Source: Myxococcota bacterium (GTDB lineage: Bacteria; Myxococcota_A; UBA796; CAJQPC01). From it: a DNA stretch of 64,000 bases. Numbering within the stretch: the stretch's first letter is position 1; every line of letters starts with the position of its first letter. The notes under the pieces are model-generated. The model had not been told where the DNA came from. It saw nothing but the letters and a program-made list of their open reading frames with translations, and did not search any database. Made by a program: the position numbers and the translations under genes. The DNA is taken from contig DASCPX010000137.1 in the NCBI GenBank assembly GCA_036012755.1, positions 64,001-128,000 on the forward strand. The letters are read 5' to 3'. Of the stretch, positions 9,937-19,129 are shown piece by piece.

Positions 9937-10557
9937 TCAGACGACGTCTGCGATCGAGATTCGGCGGCCGAGTTTCCGCGCCAGCTCATGGCGAGCGCGA
10001 TGGAGCCTCGACTTCACAGTACCCTTCGGCAGTTCGAGGATGTTGGCGATCTCGTCGTAGCTCAGGTCCTCTACGTCGCGAAGCACGATGATCCTCCGCT
10101 GATCCTCATCGAGCGCTTCGAGCGCATCTTGAAGGAGCTTGGATGCTTCGGACTGGTTGGTGCGGGATTCCGTGCCCGGCCCTTCGTCGGCGTACTGACG
10201 CGCTGGACCGTCGTCGTTGTCGCGGGATCCATCGATCGAGTCGTGGCGGCCATGAGCTCGGCGACGACGGTAGAGATCGCGGTTCTTGCAGTGGTTCACC
10301 GTCACGCGGTAGACCCAGGTCGACAGCTGGGCGTCCCCGCGGAAGCGGGGCAGCGCCTTGAAGAGCGCCAGGAAGATGTCCTGAGCGACCTCTTCAGCGA
10401 TGGAACGAGAGCCCATCCACCGCAGGCACATGCTGAAGACCCGGTTCTGGTAGCGGCGCACCAGCTCCGAGTATGCGTCTCTGTCGCCTTCCTTGAACCT
10501 CCTGACGAGCTCCGCGTCCGATGGTCGAGAGACCATGCCGAAGAGCAGGGCGAGCAT
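9937..10557 (-). CDS. ECF RNA polymerase sigma factor
   Basis: AEEVAQDIFL..FRGDAQLSTWVYRVTVN; LSYDEIANILELPKGTVKSRLHRAR. Confidence 0.92.
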   Translation of the reverse strand: MLALLFGMVSRPSDAELVRRFKEGDRDAYSELVRRYQNRVFSMCLRWMGSRSIAEEVAQDIFLALFKALPRFRGDAQLSTWVYRVTVNHCKNRDLYRRRRAHGRHDSIDGSRDNDDGPARQYADEGPGTESRTNQSEASKLLQDALEALDEDQRRIIVLRDVEDLSYDEIANILELPKGTVKSRLHRARHELARKLGRRISIADVV

Positions 10558-10627
10558 GGGTGGAGAGTGCCTCCGGTTGCCTCAGACTACGCCGCGGTCA
10601 GGAAGTTCCAGGGTTTCGGTCGAGGAC

Positions 10628-11101
10628 TCAGTCTCCGAGACTGGCGTCCTCTTCGTTCGATTCGCCCTCGCGTGCCAGGACGACGGGGGTGCCAGCCACG
10701 ATGCTCTCTTCGATCATCGAGATGGCGAGACGGGCGTTCGGGAAGATCGTCTTCTTGATACGAGCGCCCCGGAAGGTGCAGCCATCGATGTTCGCCTCGT
10801 CGAGGTCAGCGAAGTCGAGGATGCTCCTGTCGAAGGCGCAGTTCTTCAGGTTGGCGTGCCACATCGAGGCGCCCGAGAGGTTGGCCCCGACGAAGCTGCA
10901 CTGGCTCAGATCCGAGTCCGCCAGCTTCGTGTACGCGAGGTCCACGCCGTCGAAGTTGATGCCTGACAGATTCGTCCCACGGAGGTCCGCGTCGATCAGG
11001 GAGCGTCCACGCCTCAGGGCATCCAGCACCTGCTTCCGCGACATGCTCTGAGGAGCGAGGTCGTCCTCGCTCTTACGCCGCCGCATTGCATTCGATCTCA
11101 T
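10628..11101 (-). CDS. Pentapeptide repeat protein
   Basis: ADLRG TNLSG...ANLSG ASMWH ANLKN repeats. Confidence 0.85.
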   Translation of the reverse strand: MRSNAMRRRKSEDDLAPQSMSRKQVLDALRRGRSLIDADLRGTNLSGINFDGVDLAYTKLADSDLSQCSFVGANLSGASMWHANLKNCAFDRSILDFADLDEANIDGCTFRGARIKKTIFPNARLAISMIEESIVAGTPVVLAREGESNEEDASLGD

Positions 11102-12084
11102 CTGCTCAGCTCCTTCCTGCCTGCTTGTACTCGCGCCTCGAGCGCAGTGACCAGCGGGCCGGAAAAGTCCAGACCCGAGAACTCCTGGATCAGGTGGAGA
11201 CCGCCAGGGTTCAAGGTGTTGATCTCGGAGACGCGTCCTCCGATGACGTCGATGCCCGCGAACCAGACACCCGCCGCTCGGAGATGGGGGTTCAACGCCT
11301 CGATCAGTCTGAAGTCCTCCGGTCCGGGTTCGTGGGGCTCTGGAACGCCGCCGCGCTTTAGGTTGTGGCGGAACTCCCCGGGAGCCCGTTGGCGAACGTA
11401 ACTACCGAGGATCTCCCCGTCCAACCACACCAGTCGCGTCTCTCCGAACTCGGCCTCGGGCAGGTATTCCTGCACGACCAGGTAGCCGTCGCCGATCCCG
11501 CGAGCGTGGTCCAGGGCGAGGTCGAGCTCTGCTGGCCGCTCCTTCGGGACGTAGGCGATCCCTCGTCCGCCTGAGGATCGGCCTGGCTTGACGACGGCGC
11601 CGCCGGGGAGCTCTCCGGCGAAGGCGTGGATGGTCGCCCGGCTGCGCGTGACCAGCGTCCGCGGGCGGGGCACCCCCTTCAGTGACGCCAGCCAGGCCTT
11701 GTGGGAGGTCCAGGTCACCATCTTCGGGGCGTTGAGGACGACCACGCCACCCTCTTCGGCGGCCATCGCGAACGAGAGCACCGCGGCGTCGATCGGGTTG
11801 ATCCGGACCAGCAAGGCGTCGAGACGGCAGACCTCGACGAAGCGCCGGCGCGCTTCTCGGGCGTGGAGCATGCGACAGAGCCGCGCCGGATCGATGTCTC
11901 CGTCCTGGTCCGTGTCGAAGGCGTGGGCCCGAGCGACGATGCGCCCGATCGGGTCGACCTCGAAGTCCCAGGGCTCGATGAAGCGCACCGAGTGCCCGCG
12001 TGCCAGCGCCGCATGGGCGATGTGCGCGGTCGTCCAGGTGGGCTCGACGTTCCGGGCTCGAGTGATGGCGATGCCGATTCGCGT
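11098..12084 (-). CDS. gshB: Glutathione synthetase-like ATP-grasp protein (start uncertain; ORF track gives 11988)
   Basis: PRTLVTR, VVKP..SSGGRGI, VQEYLPE, FRHNLKRGG, GIDVIG..SEIN; the open frame extends upstream with GshB-like RIGIAI..PTWTTAHIAHAALARGH. Confidence 0.65.
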   Translation of the reverse strand, partial: TRIGIAITRARNVEPTWTTAHIAHAALARGHSVRFIEPWDFEVDPIGRIVARAHAFDTDQDGDIDPARLCRMLHAREARRRFVEVCRLDALLVRINPIDAAVLSFAMAAEEGGVVVLNAPKMVTWTSHKAWLASLKGVPRPRTLVTRSRATIHAFAGELPGGAVVKPGRSSGGRGIAYVPKERPAELDLALDHARGIGDGYLVVQEYLPEAEFGETRLVWLDGEILGSYVRQRAPGEFRHNLKRGGVPEPHEPGPEDFRLIEALNPHLRAAGVWFAGIDVIGGRVSEINTLNPGGLHLIQEFSGLDFSGPLVTALEARVQAGRKELSR

Positions 12085-12098
12085 TGTAGTCTCCGACC

Positions 12099-13583
12099 AT
12101 GAAGGCCTTGCTCGAGCGCGTCCGGGATCTGGTCCAGGCCCGCTACCCGCTGCTCTATCTCCTCACCTACGAGGAGCAGCGCGTCGAGCGACATGTGCGC
12201 AGGCTCGGCAAGGACGAGGGCGTCCCGGTGCATCTCTGGCGAGCAACGAAGGGCCTCGAGAAGGGCTCGAAGGTCGCCTCTGGCACCGAAGACGCGCGAG
12301 GGCTCCTGCAACACGTCGCCGCCAGCCGTGAAAAGGGCCTGTTCCTGTTGCTCGACTTCCACGAAGAGCTCGGTGATCCCTGGGTGATCCGGCGGCTGAG
12401 GGACCTGGAGCCGCAGCTCGGCGCTCGGGGCCAGGCGCTCCTGGTGGTCAGTCCCCAGCTGGTCGTCCCGCGTGACCTCGACAAGGACATCATCGTCCTG
12501 GACGTCCCCCTCCCGTCTCGCGAAGAGGTCGGGAAGCTCCTGGCCGCGCTCTTGAGGAAGCGCAAGCAGAAGATGGACTCGGATCTCTTCGAGCGCTTCG
12601 TTGCGGCTTCGCTCGGGCTGACGGAGAAGGAGATCAAGCGAACCTACGCCCACATCTCTCTCTCCGGCGGCGAGTTCACAGCGGACCGCCTGTCCGACCT
12701 CGTCGAAGCCAAGCGACAGGCGATCCGCAAGTCGCGCTTCCTCGAGTTCTGGGACGAACCGGCCGGCATGGAGGCCGTCGGCGGGCTCGACAACCTCAAG
12801 GAGTGGCTCGGCCGGCGGGGCATGGCCTTCTCCGAGAGCGCTAGGGAGTTTGGCCTCCCCGAGCCCAAGGGCGTCTTCTTGCTCGGCGTGCAGGGCTGCG
12901 GCAAGTCGCTGACCGCGAAGTCGGTCGCCGGCATGTTCCACATCCCGCTTCTGCGCCTGGACGTCGCTGCGCTGTTCTCCGGTGGTGGCGCCTACGAGGA
13001 GTCCCTCCGCGACACGATCCGCGTCGCCGAGTCCATCGCCCCCGCGGTGCTCTGGATCGACGAGCTCGAGAAGGGCTTCCTCGGAGACCAGGGCTCCGCC
13101 GGGAGCGCTTTCGGGACCTTCCTCACCTGGCTGCAGGAGAAGACCAAGCCCGTCTTCGTGGTCGCCACCGCCAACGAGGTGCGCGCCTTGCCACCCGAGC
13201 TCCTCCGCAAGGGACGCTTCGACGAGGTCTTCTTCATCGACCTGCCCGATGTGCACGAGCGCCTGAGCATCTTCGACATCCACCTCGCCAATCGCGGACG
13301 TGACCCTGGCGAGTACGAACTCTTCCAGTGCGCCGAGGAGACCGAGAAGTACTCTGGCGCGGAGATCGAGCAGATCGTGGTCGAGGGCCTCTTCAACGCC
13401 TTCGCCGAGGAGCGCGAGGTCACCGCCCGAGATCTGCTGAAGGTCATCCGGGACACCGTGCCGCTCGCCATCACCATGGACGACAGGCTCAAGGAGCTCC
13501 GCGAGTGGGCGCGTCCTCGTACCCGCCCGGCCTCGTTGGATCGTCGCCGGATCGACTTCTTCGAAGACTTCCAGGAGGGCTGA
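12099..13583 (+). CDS. Ycf46-like AAA+ ATPase
   Basis: ARYPLLYLLTYEEQR; GVQGCGKS; LWIDELEK; LPPELLRKGRFDEVFFIDLP. Confidence 0.88.
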   Translation: MKALLERVRDLVQARYPLLYLLTYEEQRVERHVRRLGKDEGVPVHLWRATKGLEKGSKVASGTEDARGLLQHVAASREKGLFLLLDFHEELGDPWVIRRLRDLEPQLGARGQALLVVSPQLVVPRDLDKDIIVLDVPLPSREEVGKLLAALLRKRKQKMDSDLFERFVAASLGLTEKEIKRTYAHISLSGGEFTADRLSDLVEAKRQAIRKSRFLEFWDEPAGMEAVGGLDNLKEWLGRRGMAFSESAREFGLPEPKGVFLLGVQGCGKSLTAKSVAGMFHIPLLRLDVAALFSGGGAYEESLRDTIRVAESIAPAVLWIDELEKGFLGDQGSAGSAFGTFLTWLQEKTKPVFVVATANEVRALPPELLRKGRFDEVFFIDLPDVHERLSIFDIHLANRGRDPGEYELFQCAEETEKYSGAEIEQIVVEGLFNAFAEEREVTARDLLKVIRDTVPLAITMDDRLKELREWARPRTRPASLDRRRIDFFEDFQEG

Positions 13584-14585
13584 GTGGAGTGTGCCGTTGT
13601 CGGCGCCGGTTCTTTCGGGACCTGCCTCGCCATCCAGCTCGGGCGCCTCGACCACCGGGTGACGCTCTGGGATCACCGCGAGGACCGAGCCGCGGAGACC
13701 CAGCAGAAGCGCGAGAACCGCCAGTACCTGCCCGGCATCGTCCTGCCAGAGAGCGTCGAGGTCAGCCATCGCATCGACCATGTCCTCGCGGGCAAGCGCC
13801 TCGTCGTCGCGGTCGTGCCCTCCCAGTCGATGCGCGAGGTCTTCACGCAGGCGGCGCCCCACCTCGATGCGCACGCCATCGTCTGCTCCGCGGCGAAGGG
13901 CATCGAGAACAAGACCTACGACACGATGAGCGACGTGCTCACCGAAGTGCTCCCGGAGCGCCTCCACGATCGCATCTGCGCCCTGTCCGGTCCCAGCTTC
14001 GCGGCGGAGGTCGCCCGGGACATGCCCACCGCGGTCGTCGTGGCCGGGCGCGACGAGATCGCCACCCACCGCGTCGCGAGCGCCTTCCACGGCTCGAAGT
14101 TCCGCGTCTACCACTCAGAGGACCTCGTCGGGGTCCAGATCGGCGGTGCGCTGAAGAACATCATGGCCATCGCCTGTGGCATCTCGGACGGCATGGGGCT
14201 GGGCGACAACGCTCGCGCCGGCATCATCACGCGGGGCCTCGCCGAGATCACCCGGGTCGGTGTGGCCAAGGGCGCGAACCCGCTGACCTTCTCCGGGCTC
14301 GCCGGGCTGGGGGACCTCGTGCTCACCTGCACCGGCGATCTCTCGCGGAACCGGCGGGTGGGGTTGGCGCTGGGCGGGGGCAAGACCCTGACCCAGATCC
14401 TCGACGAGCTCGGGCAGGTCGCAGAGGGCGTCAAGACCGCTCGCAGCGCCTTCAACCTGGCGGGCAGGCTCGACGTCGAGCTGCCGATCACCGAGCAGAT
14501 CTACCGAATTCTCTACGAGGACAAGCCCGCCGCAGAGGCGATGATGGACCTGCTGGCCCGGCGCAGGAAGGCCGAGAGGGACTGA
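13584..14585 (+). CDS. gpsA: NAD(P)H-dependent glycerol-3-phosphate dehydrogenase
   Basis: GAGSFGT, KGIE, SGPSFAAEV, GGALKN, GLAGLGDLVLTC..SRNR. Confidence 0.95.
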   Translation: MECAVVGAGSFGTCLAIQLGRLDHRVTLWDHREDRAAETQQKRENRQYLPGIVLPESVEVSHRIDHVLAGKRLVVAVVPSQSMREVFTQAAPHLDAHAIVCSAAKGIENKTYDTMSDVLTEVLPERLHDRICALSGPSFAAEVARDMPTAVVVAGRDEIATHRVASAFHGSKFRVYHSEDLVGVQIGGALKNIMAIACGISDGMGLGDNARAGIITRGLAEITRVGVAKGANPLTFSGLAGLGDLVLTCTGDLSRNRRVGLALGGGKTLTQILDELGQVAEGVKTARSAFNLAGRLDVELPITEQIYRILYEDKPAAEAMMDLLARRRKAERD

Positions 14586-14586
14586 G

Positions 14587-15084
14587 ATGGTGATGGAGAT
14601 CCTGAAGGAGACCCGGATCTTCCAGGGGCTCTCGGAAGCGGACGCCATCACGCTCTTCGATGCCGGGAGGGTCTCTGGCCTGATGGCAGGGACCCAGCTC
14701 GTCCGGGCCGGTGAGCCTCCGGACGGCTTCTACGTGGTCGTGAGCGGGCGCTTCCACGTGCTCTCGCCACTGCATGGCGCCGCGATCGGCGACATCGGCG
14801 CCGGCGAGACCATCGGCGAGATGGGTCTCGTCACCCTGGCTCCTCGGAACGCAGACGTGGTCGCGGTCGAGCCCGCCACCGTCTGGCACCTCTCCGGGCG
14901 TGGCTTCGAGGGCTTGCTCGCGGTCGGAGATCCGCTGGCCTCGGCGATCCTGCTCGGCGTCAGCCAGGACCTCTGTCGCCGGTTTCGCGATGCCATCCTC
15001 GACGGCGCGGCGATGGTGCCGAAGATCGCGCGCTACCCGGAGGGCGTGGATCTCCTCGAGTCCCTCGGCTGGGGAGCGGATTGA
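14587..15084 (+). CDS. Cyclic nucleotide-binding domain protein
   Basis: GETIGEMGLV..PRNADVVA phosphate-binding cassette. Confidence 0.8.
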   Translation: MVMEILKETRIFQGLSEADAITLFDAGRVSGLMAGTQLVRAGEPPDGFYVVVSGRFHVLSPLHGAAIGDIGAGETIGEMGLVTLAPRNADVVAVEPATVWHLSGRGFEGLLAVGDPLASAILLGVSQDLCRRFRDAILDGAAMVPKIARYPEGVDLLESLGWGAD

Positions 15085-15103
15085 ACACCATGGGCTCAAG
15101 GCT

Positions 15104-15568
15104 GTGATCGAGCTCGCTCGCATCGAGTCCGCCGATGCGCTGGTCGTGCTCTCGGCCAAGGACATGGTCGCGCTCGCCGCGGTCCTGAGCCCCGTGTCCT
15201 TCGCCTCTGGCCAGGCTCTCGTCACCCAGGGGCGCCCGAGCGCCTCGGTCTACCTGCACCTGGAGGGCACGCTGAACGTGCGGCGCGAGGTCGCTGACGG
15301 CCTCGCCCTGCAGGGGAACATCCCGCGCGGTGAGTGGTTCGGCGTGCTCTCGGTCCTCGACGGGCAGGACGCCACCGCGAGCGTCTTCGCGTTGACCGAC
15401 GTCGAGGTCGCTGCGCTCGGGCGCGCCGACTTCGATAGGCTCCTGCAGAGGGAGGACGGCCTCCACCCCCGCCTGTTACGCGCATGGCTCCGCTCGCTCG
15501 GGATGCAGCTCGGGCGCGTGAACCGCGGGAACGAGGAGATCCTGAAGTTGGCTGCGAGTCTTCGATGA
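15104..15568 (+). CDS. Cyclic nucleotide-binding domain protein (divergent)
   Basis: LVTQG..VYL..G..GEWFGVLSVLDG..ATASV; GTG start inferred. Confidence 0.7.
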   Translation: MIELARIESADALVVLSAKDMVALAAVLSPVSFASGQALVTQGRPSASVYLHLEGTLNVRREVADGLALQGNIPRGEWFGVLSVLDGQDATASVFALTDVEVAALGRADFDRLLQREDGLHPRLLRAWLRSLGMQLGRVNRGNEEILKLAASLR

Positions 15569-16422
15569 GGGTCGAGCGCGAGCTGGGTGAGCAGATCGTC
15601 GCCTTCGGTCGGCTCTGCTACGAGCGCCACCTGCTCGTGGCGATGGACGGGAACCTCTCCGCGCGCCTGCCGGACGGCAACATCCTCTGCACCCAGGCGG
15701 GCTGTCACAAGGGCTTCCTCAACGAGGAACACCTCGTGGTCATCGACCCCAGCGGCAAGAAGCTCCGCGGCAAGGGGCGCCCGACCAGCGAGATGGCGAT
15801 GCACCTCGCCTGCTACCAGGAGCGGCCCGACATCTCGGCGGTCATCCACGCCCACCCGCCGATCTCCATCGCTTTCACCATCGCGGACCAGTCGCTGGCC
15901 CAGTGCATCCTGCCAGAGGTCGTGCTCACCCTCGGGACCGTGCCGACCGTCGACTACGAGACCACCGGGACCCAGGATCTCGCTGAGAAGATCCGGCCCT
16001 ACATCCGCACCCGCGACGCGATCCTGATGGACCGGCACGGGGCGGTCTCCCTCGGCCGCGATCTGCTAGAGGCCTTCTGCCGGCTGGAGACCTTGGAGCA
16101 CACCGCCTTCATCACCAAGACCGCCCGCGACCTGGGGCGGGTGAAGGAGCTCCCGAGAGACGAGGCCGTGAAGCTCCGCTCGATGGGCCTCAAGCGCTAC
16201 GGCGGTCCTCCGGAGGCGGTGGCGAAGGCCGACGAGCCCGGCGCCGACCTGCCAGAAGCCTGCGTGGGCTGCACGGGCTGCAGCCTCCCCACCCCGCGCG
16301 GCATCGGTCCCAAGGCCGACTTCGAGATCATCCGGGTGCTCTCGGAGGTCGGTCCGCCGCCAGTCGACAAGGGCGTCGAGAGCATCGTGATCGAGGAAGT
16401 GTTGAAGGCCCTGAAGAACTGA
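15565..16422 (+). CDS. Class II aldolase/adducin family protein with C-terminal extension
   Basis: DGNLSAR, PTSEMAMH, AVIHAHP, DRHGAV; ATGA overlap with the upstream gene. Confidence 0.88.
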   Translation: MRVERELGEQIVAFGRLCYERHLLVAMDGNLSARLPDGNILCTQAGCHKGFLNEEHLVVIDPSGKKLRGKGRPTSEMAMHLACYQERPDISAVIHAHPPISIAFTIADQSLAQCILPEVVLTLGTVPTVDYETTGTQDLAEKIRPYIRTRDAILMDRHGAVSLGRDLLEAFCRLETLEHTAFITKTARDLGRVKELPRDEAVKLRSMGLKRYGGPPEAVAKADEPGADLPEACVGCTGCSLPTPRGIGPKADFEIIRVLSEVGPPPVDKGVESIVIEEVLKALKN

Positions 16423-16448
16423 GTCCCACCTGCGAGACCTCCTCGAAC

Positions 16449-16491
16449 AGTAACGCGTGACGACAGTATCGCGTGGCGTTACTATCGGGGC
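16449..16491 (+). promoter_or_regulatory. Sigma70-like promoter with overlapping inverted-repeat operator
   Basis: GTGACG(16457-62)-17 bp-TACTAT(16480-85)-6 nt-ATG; inverted repeat AGTAACGC(16449-56)/GCGTTACT(16476-83). Confidence 0.65.
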
Positions 16492-16971
16492 ATGGAACAC
16501 CCCGGCATCACCCTCAAGGAGAAGTTCTTCCAGCCCCTGGGGCTCACGAACTACGCGGTCGCCAAGGCGATCCACGTTCCCCAGACGCGCCTGTCCCAGA
16601 TCACGCGCGGCAAGCGGCGGATCTCAGCGGACACGGCTCGACGGCTGGGCGTGTTCTTCGGGGTGCCGGCTCGCTGGTTCCTGCAGCTCCAGCTCGAGTA
16701 CGACCTGCACGTCCTGGGCGAGTTGGTGATCGACGAGCCGATCGCGCTCTTCCAGCACCCCGACGCACTGATCATGCCGTCCGGGGTGCGGCTGCTGGAG
16801 CCCGAACGACGTCGAAGGCCTCCTGGTCCTCGACTCGTCGAGGTACCAAGGCGACTCGCCGCTCAGCTCGAAGCCGAGTCAGAGGCCATTGGCCCGCGAA
16901 AGCGCCGCGAAGTCCACGAGGTCCGGTATCCAAACGGCATGAGAGGACTGGTCGGGGTGGACGATGTCTGA
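16492..16971 (+). CDS. HigA-family XRE antitoxin-like protein with C-terminal extension
   Basis: HPGITLKEKFFQPLGL..RLSQITRGKRRISADTARRLGVFFG..WFLQLQ..YDL. Confidence 0.85.
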   Translation: MEHPGITLKEKFFQPLGLTNYAVAKAIHVPQTRLSQITRGKRRISADTARRLGVFFGVPARWFLQLQLEYDLHVLGELVIDEPIALFQHPDALIMPSGVRLLEPERRRRPPGPRLVEVPRRLAAQLEAESEAIGPRKRREVHEVRYPNGMRGLVGVDDV

Positions 16972-17476
16972 GTTTCAAGCGCTCCGGGAGAGTGTGTCTC
17001 CCCGCGTTCTCTCTGATGCCGCGCGAGTCGGGCGCCTGCTTCGAGAGCTCCGAGTGCCACATGTCCTGATCGGAGGACTCGCGGTGGGTCTCAACGGCTT
17101 CCCGCGTGCGACGAAGGACGTCGACTACATGGTCGGGCCCGAGGCCTTCGCCACGACGTCGCCCTTCCTTGTCTACCGAGAGGAGCTCGCGGGTGAGGTG
17201 ACCATGGGCGTGGTCGACCTGCTCGCCGTTCCGGAGGCGTACCCCGGTCTCGCGGCCTTCCTCGTCTTGCCGCAGGAAGACCGGGTTCCCGTGTTGCCGG
17301 TGGAAGCGCTCATTCTGATGAAGCTCGATGCCAACCGACCGCACGATCGCGCGGACGTCTCCCGGCTCCTGAGAGCAGGCGCGTCGGTCGCCGCTGTCAC
17401 CCGGTTCCTTCGCGCCCAGGCTCCGGCGTTGCTGGCATCTTTCGGCGAGATCGTCGAGCAAACACCAGGAGTGTGA
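16964..17476 (+). CDS. Pol-beta-superfamily nucleotidyltransferase (DUF6036/AbiEii-like)
   Basis: LIGGLAV..GFPRATKDVD; LILMKL.ANRPHDRADV; overlaps the upstream gene. Confidence 0.7.
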   Translation: MSEFQALRESVSPRVLSDAARVGRLLRELRVPHVLIGGLAVGLNGFPRATKDVDYMVGPEAFATTSPFLVYREELAGEVTMGVVDLLAVPEAYPGLAAFLVLPQEDRVPVLPVEALILMKLDANRPHDRADVSRLLRAGASVAAVTRFLRAQAPALLASFGEIVEQTPGV

Positions 17477-18734
17477 GCAGCCAGGGCGCCGTCGCCCCGA
17501 GCCCACTCGAGCAGCCGCAGCCTCCGGGGTCTTCACCTCCAGGCGGGTCCGGGCGGCTGTCGATCCCGGTGTCGCCGGTGTCGCCGGTGTCGCCGGTGTC
17601 ACCTGACTCGGCCAGGGAGATCGTGATGCTGCGCTGAGCTGGGGTGTCGTCCCCGTCGAACTCCGGCGGCCCGAAGTTGAAGACCAGGATGGTCTCGCCC
17701 GCGTGGACCTCTGTCGGGGTGACGAGCTCCAGCTCGCGGCCCACGCTGACCACCGCCCACTCGACGCCGTCCTCGCCGTCGATAGCCAGGGTGCCGTCCG
17801 CTTCGATGTCCACGGCCACGAAGCCCCAGTCGTAGACGCCGTAGGCGGGATCCAGCGACTCGCCGACCGCCAGGGCGCCCTCGATGCCAAGGGGCGCGTC
17901 CGGGTAGGTCTCCTGGGCCCACTCGGGGGCCTCGGAGGTGCCCATCTTCGCCCGCCGGACGCCAAAGTCGATCCAGTACTGCTTCGCGTCCCCCGTGAGC
18001 TCCTCGAGGGCGTCGAGGGCGTCGGGCTCGTTCTTGGGGGTGGCGTTCACCATCGCCCACCAGAAGTCCGAGGCGGTGATGCCGTGTTCCTCGCGCAGAT
18101 CGTCGAAGAAGAGCACGCTGCCGTACTCGTAGTACGACCAGATCTTGTACTCGTCCCAGAGCCACCAGCCGTCCAGCAAGAAGCCCACCCAGGGGGTCTT
18201 GTTGTAGTCCGGAGCCACCGTTGGTCCGCTGCCGTTGCCCGGGTAGGTCAGCTCCTCGGCCCGGGTCGCGGCGCCCTCCCACGCCGGCAGCGTCGGCTCG
18301 GTGAAGTCGGTCGCGAACTGCAGGACGTGGTTGAACTCGTGGGCGACGTAGTCGGCGTACTCGTCCGGGTCGATGCCCGGGTCCAGCACCATGTGGGACC
18401 AGGCCCCGCGGCGATCGTCGTCCGGGTCCGCGTCGACGTAGGTGGAGTCGACATAGGCGCCGCCCTCGGCGTCCTTGCTGATGTAGACATCGAGCCCGTC
18501 GGTGCCGCCCTCGCCCTCGTCGGAGAAGGGCTCTGGCCAGCCGGAGCCGACCTGGGCATCCCAGCTGACGCCAAGGACCTCGAAGACCTTCGCGCAGCGG
18601 TCGGCGTGAGCCTCTCGGTTGTAGTGGCAGCGGGCTCCCGTGACCGCGTCGTCCTCGTAGCCGATGCTGTCGGGGCGCGGCTCTGGAGCCAGGAAGATGC
18701 CCTGCGCGATAAGCAGGGTCTTGCAGTCGACCAC
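17397..18734 (-). CDS. Zincin metalloprotease with MYXO-CTERM-like sorting tail
   Basis: AHEFNHVLQ..WEGAA; GDT linker; GGCGCSS-hydrophobic-RRSRR tail. Confidence 0.75.
   Translation of the reverse strand: MVDCKTLLIAQGIFLAPEPRPDSIGYEDDAVTGARCHYNREAHADRCAKVFEVLGVSWDAQVGSGWPEPFSDEGEGGTDGLDVYISKDAEGGAYVDSTYVDADPDDDRRGAWSHMVLDPGIDPDEYADYVAHEFNHVLQFATDFTEPTLPAWEGAATRAEELTYPGNGSGPTVAPDYNKTPWVGFLLDGWWLWDEYKIWSYYEYGSVLFFDDLREEHGITASDFWWAMVNATPKNEPDALDALEELTGDAKQYWIDFGVRRAKMGTSEAPEWAQETYPDAPLGIEGALAVGESLDPAYGVYDWGFVAVDIEADGTLAIDGEDGVEWAVVSVGRELELVTPTEVHAGETILVFNFGPPEFDGDDTPAQRSITISLAESGDTGDTGDTGDTGIDSRPDPPGGEDPGGCGCSSGLGATAPWLLTLLVFARRSRRKMPATPEPGREGTG
17566..17603. repeat. 9-bp tandem repeat encoding (GDT)n linker
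   Basis: CCGGTGTCG about 4 copies. Confidence 0.8.
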
Positions 18735-18748
18735 TTTGGACCTCCACC

Positions 18749-19129
18749 ATGCTCTGGCTCATCATCGCCTGCCGCGGGCTCGCGGTGAACGACGTCACCA
18801 GCGGCGAGAGCGAGGCCTATCCGGAACTCCGGTCACTCTATCCGACCGTCTCCGTTTCGGCGGCCATGAAGAGGGCACGCGCGGTCGCCGCCGAGATGCC
18901 GGGCTGGACCTGCGAGGAGCCCGAGCCCTTCGAGCTCCACTGCGAGGTCACGACGCCCACCCTGGGCTTCGTCGATGACGTGTGGATCACCGTCGAGGAG
19001 TACGGGCCGAAGGTGAGCCGCGTGAAGGTGCGCTCCGCGTCGCGGGTCGGGCGAGGGGATCTCGGCGCCAACGCGGCGCGGATCAGGGCCTTCCAGGAGG
19101 CCTACCTGAGCTACTCGCTGGAGGAGTAG
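18749..19129 (+). CDS. DUF1499 family protein
   Basis: LGFVDDV..VRSASRVGRGDLGANAARI. Confidence 0.85.
   Translation: MLWLIIACRGLAVNDVTSGESEAYPELRSLYPTVSVSAAMKRARAVAAEMPGWTCEEPEPFELHCEVTTPTLGFVDDVWITVEEYGPKVSRVKVRSASRVGRGDLGANAARIRAFQEAYLSYSLEE

Noticed and set aside
3376..14114. Long ORFs 3376-5268, 5009-6556, 8503-10758 and 11715-14114
   Set aside because: Antisense shadows of motif-bearing genes in high-GC DNA
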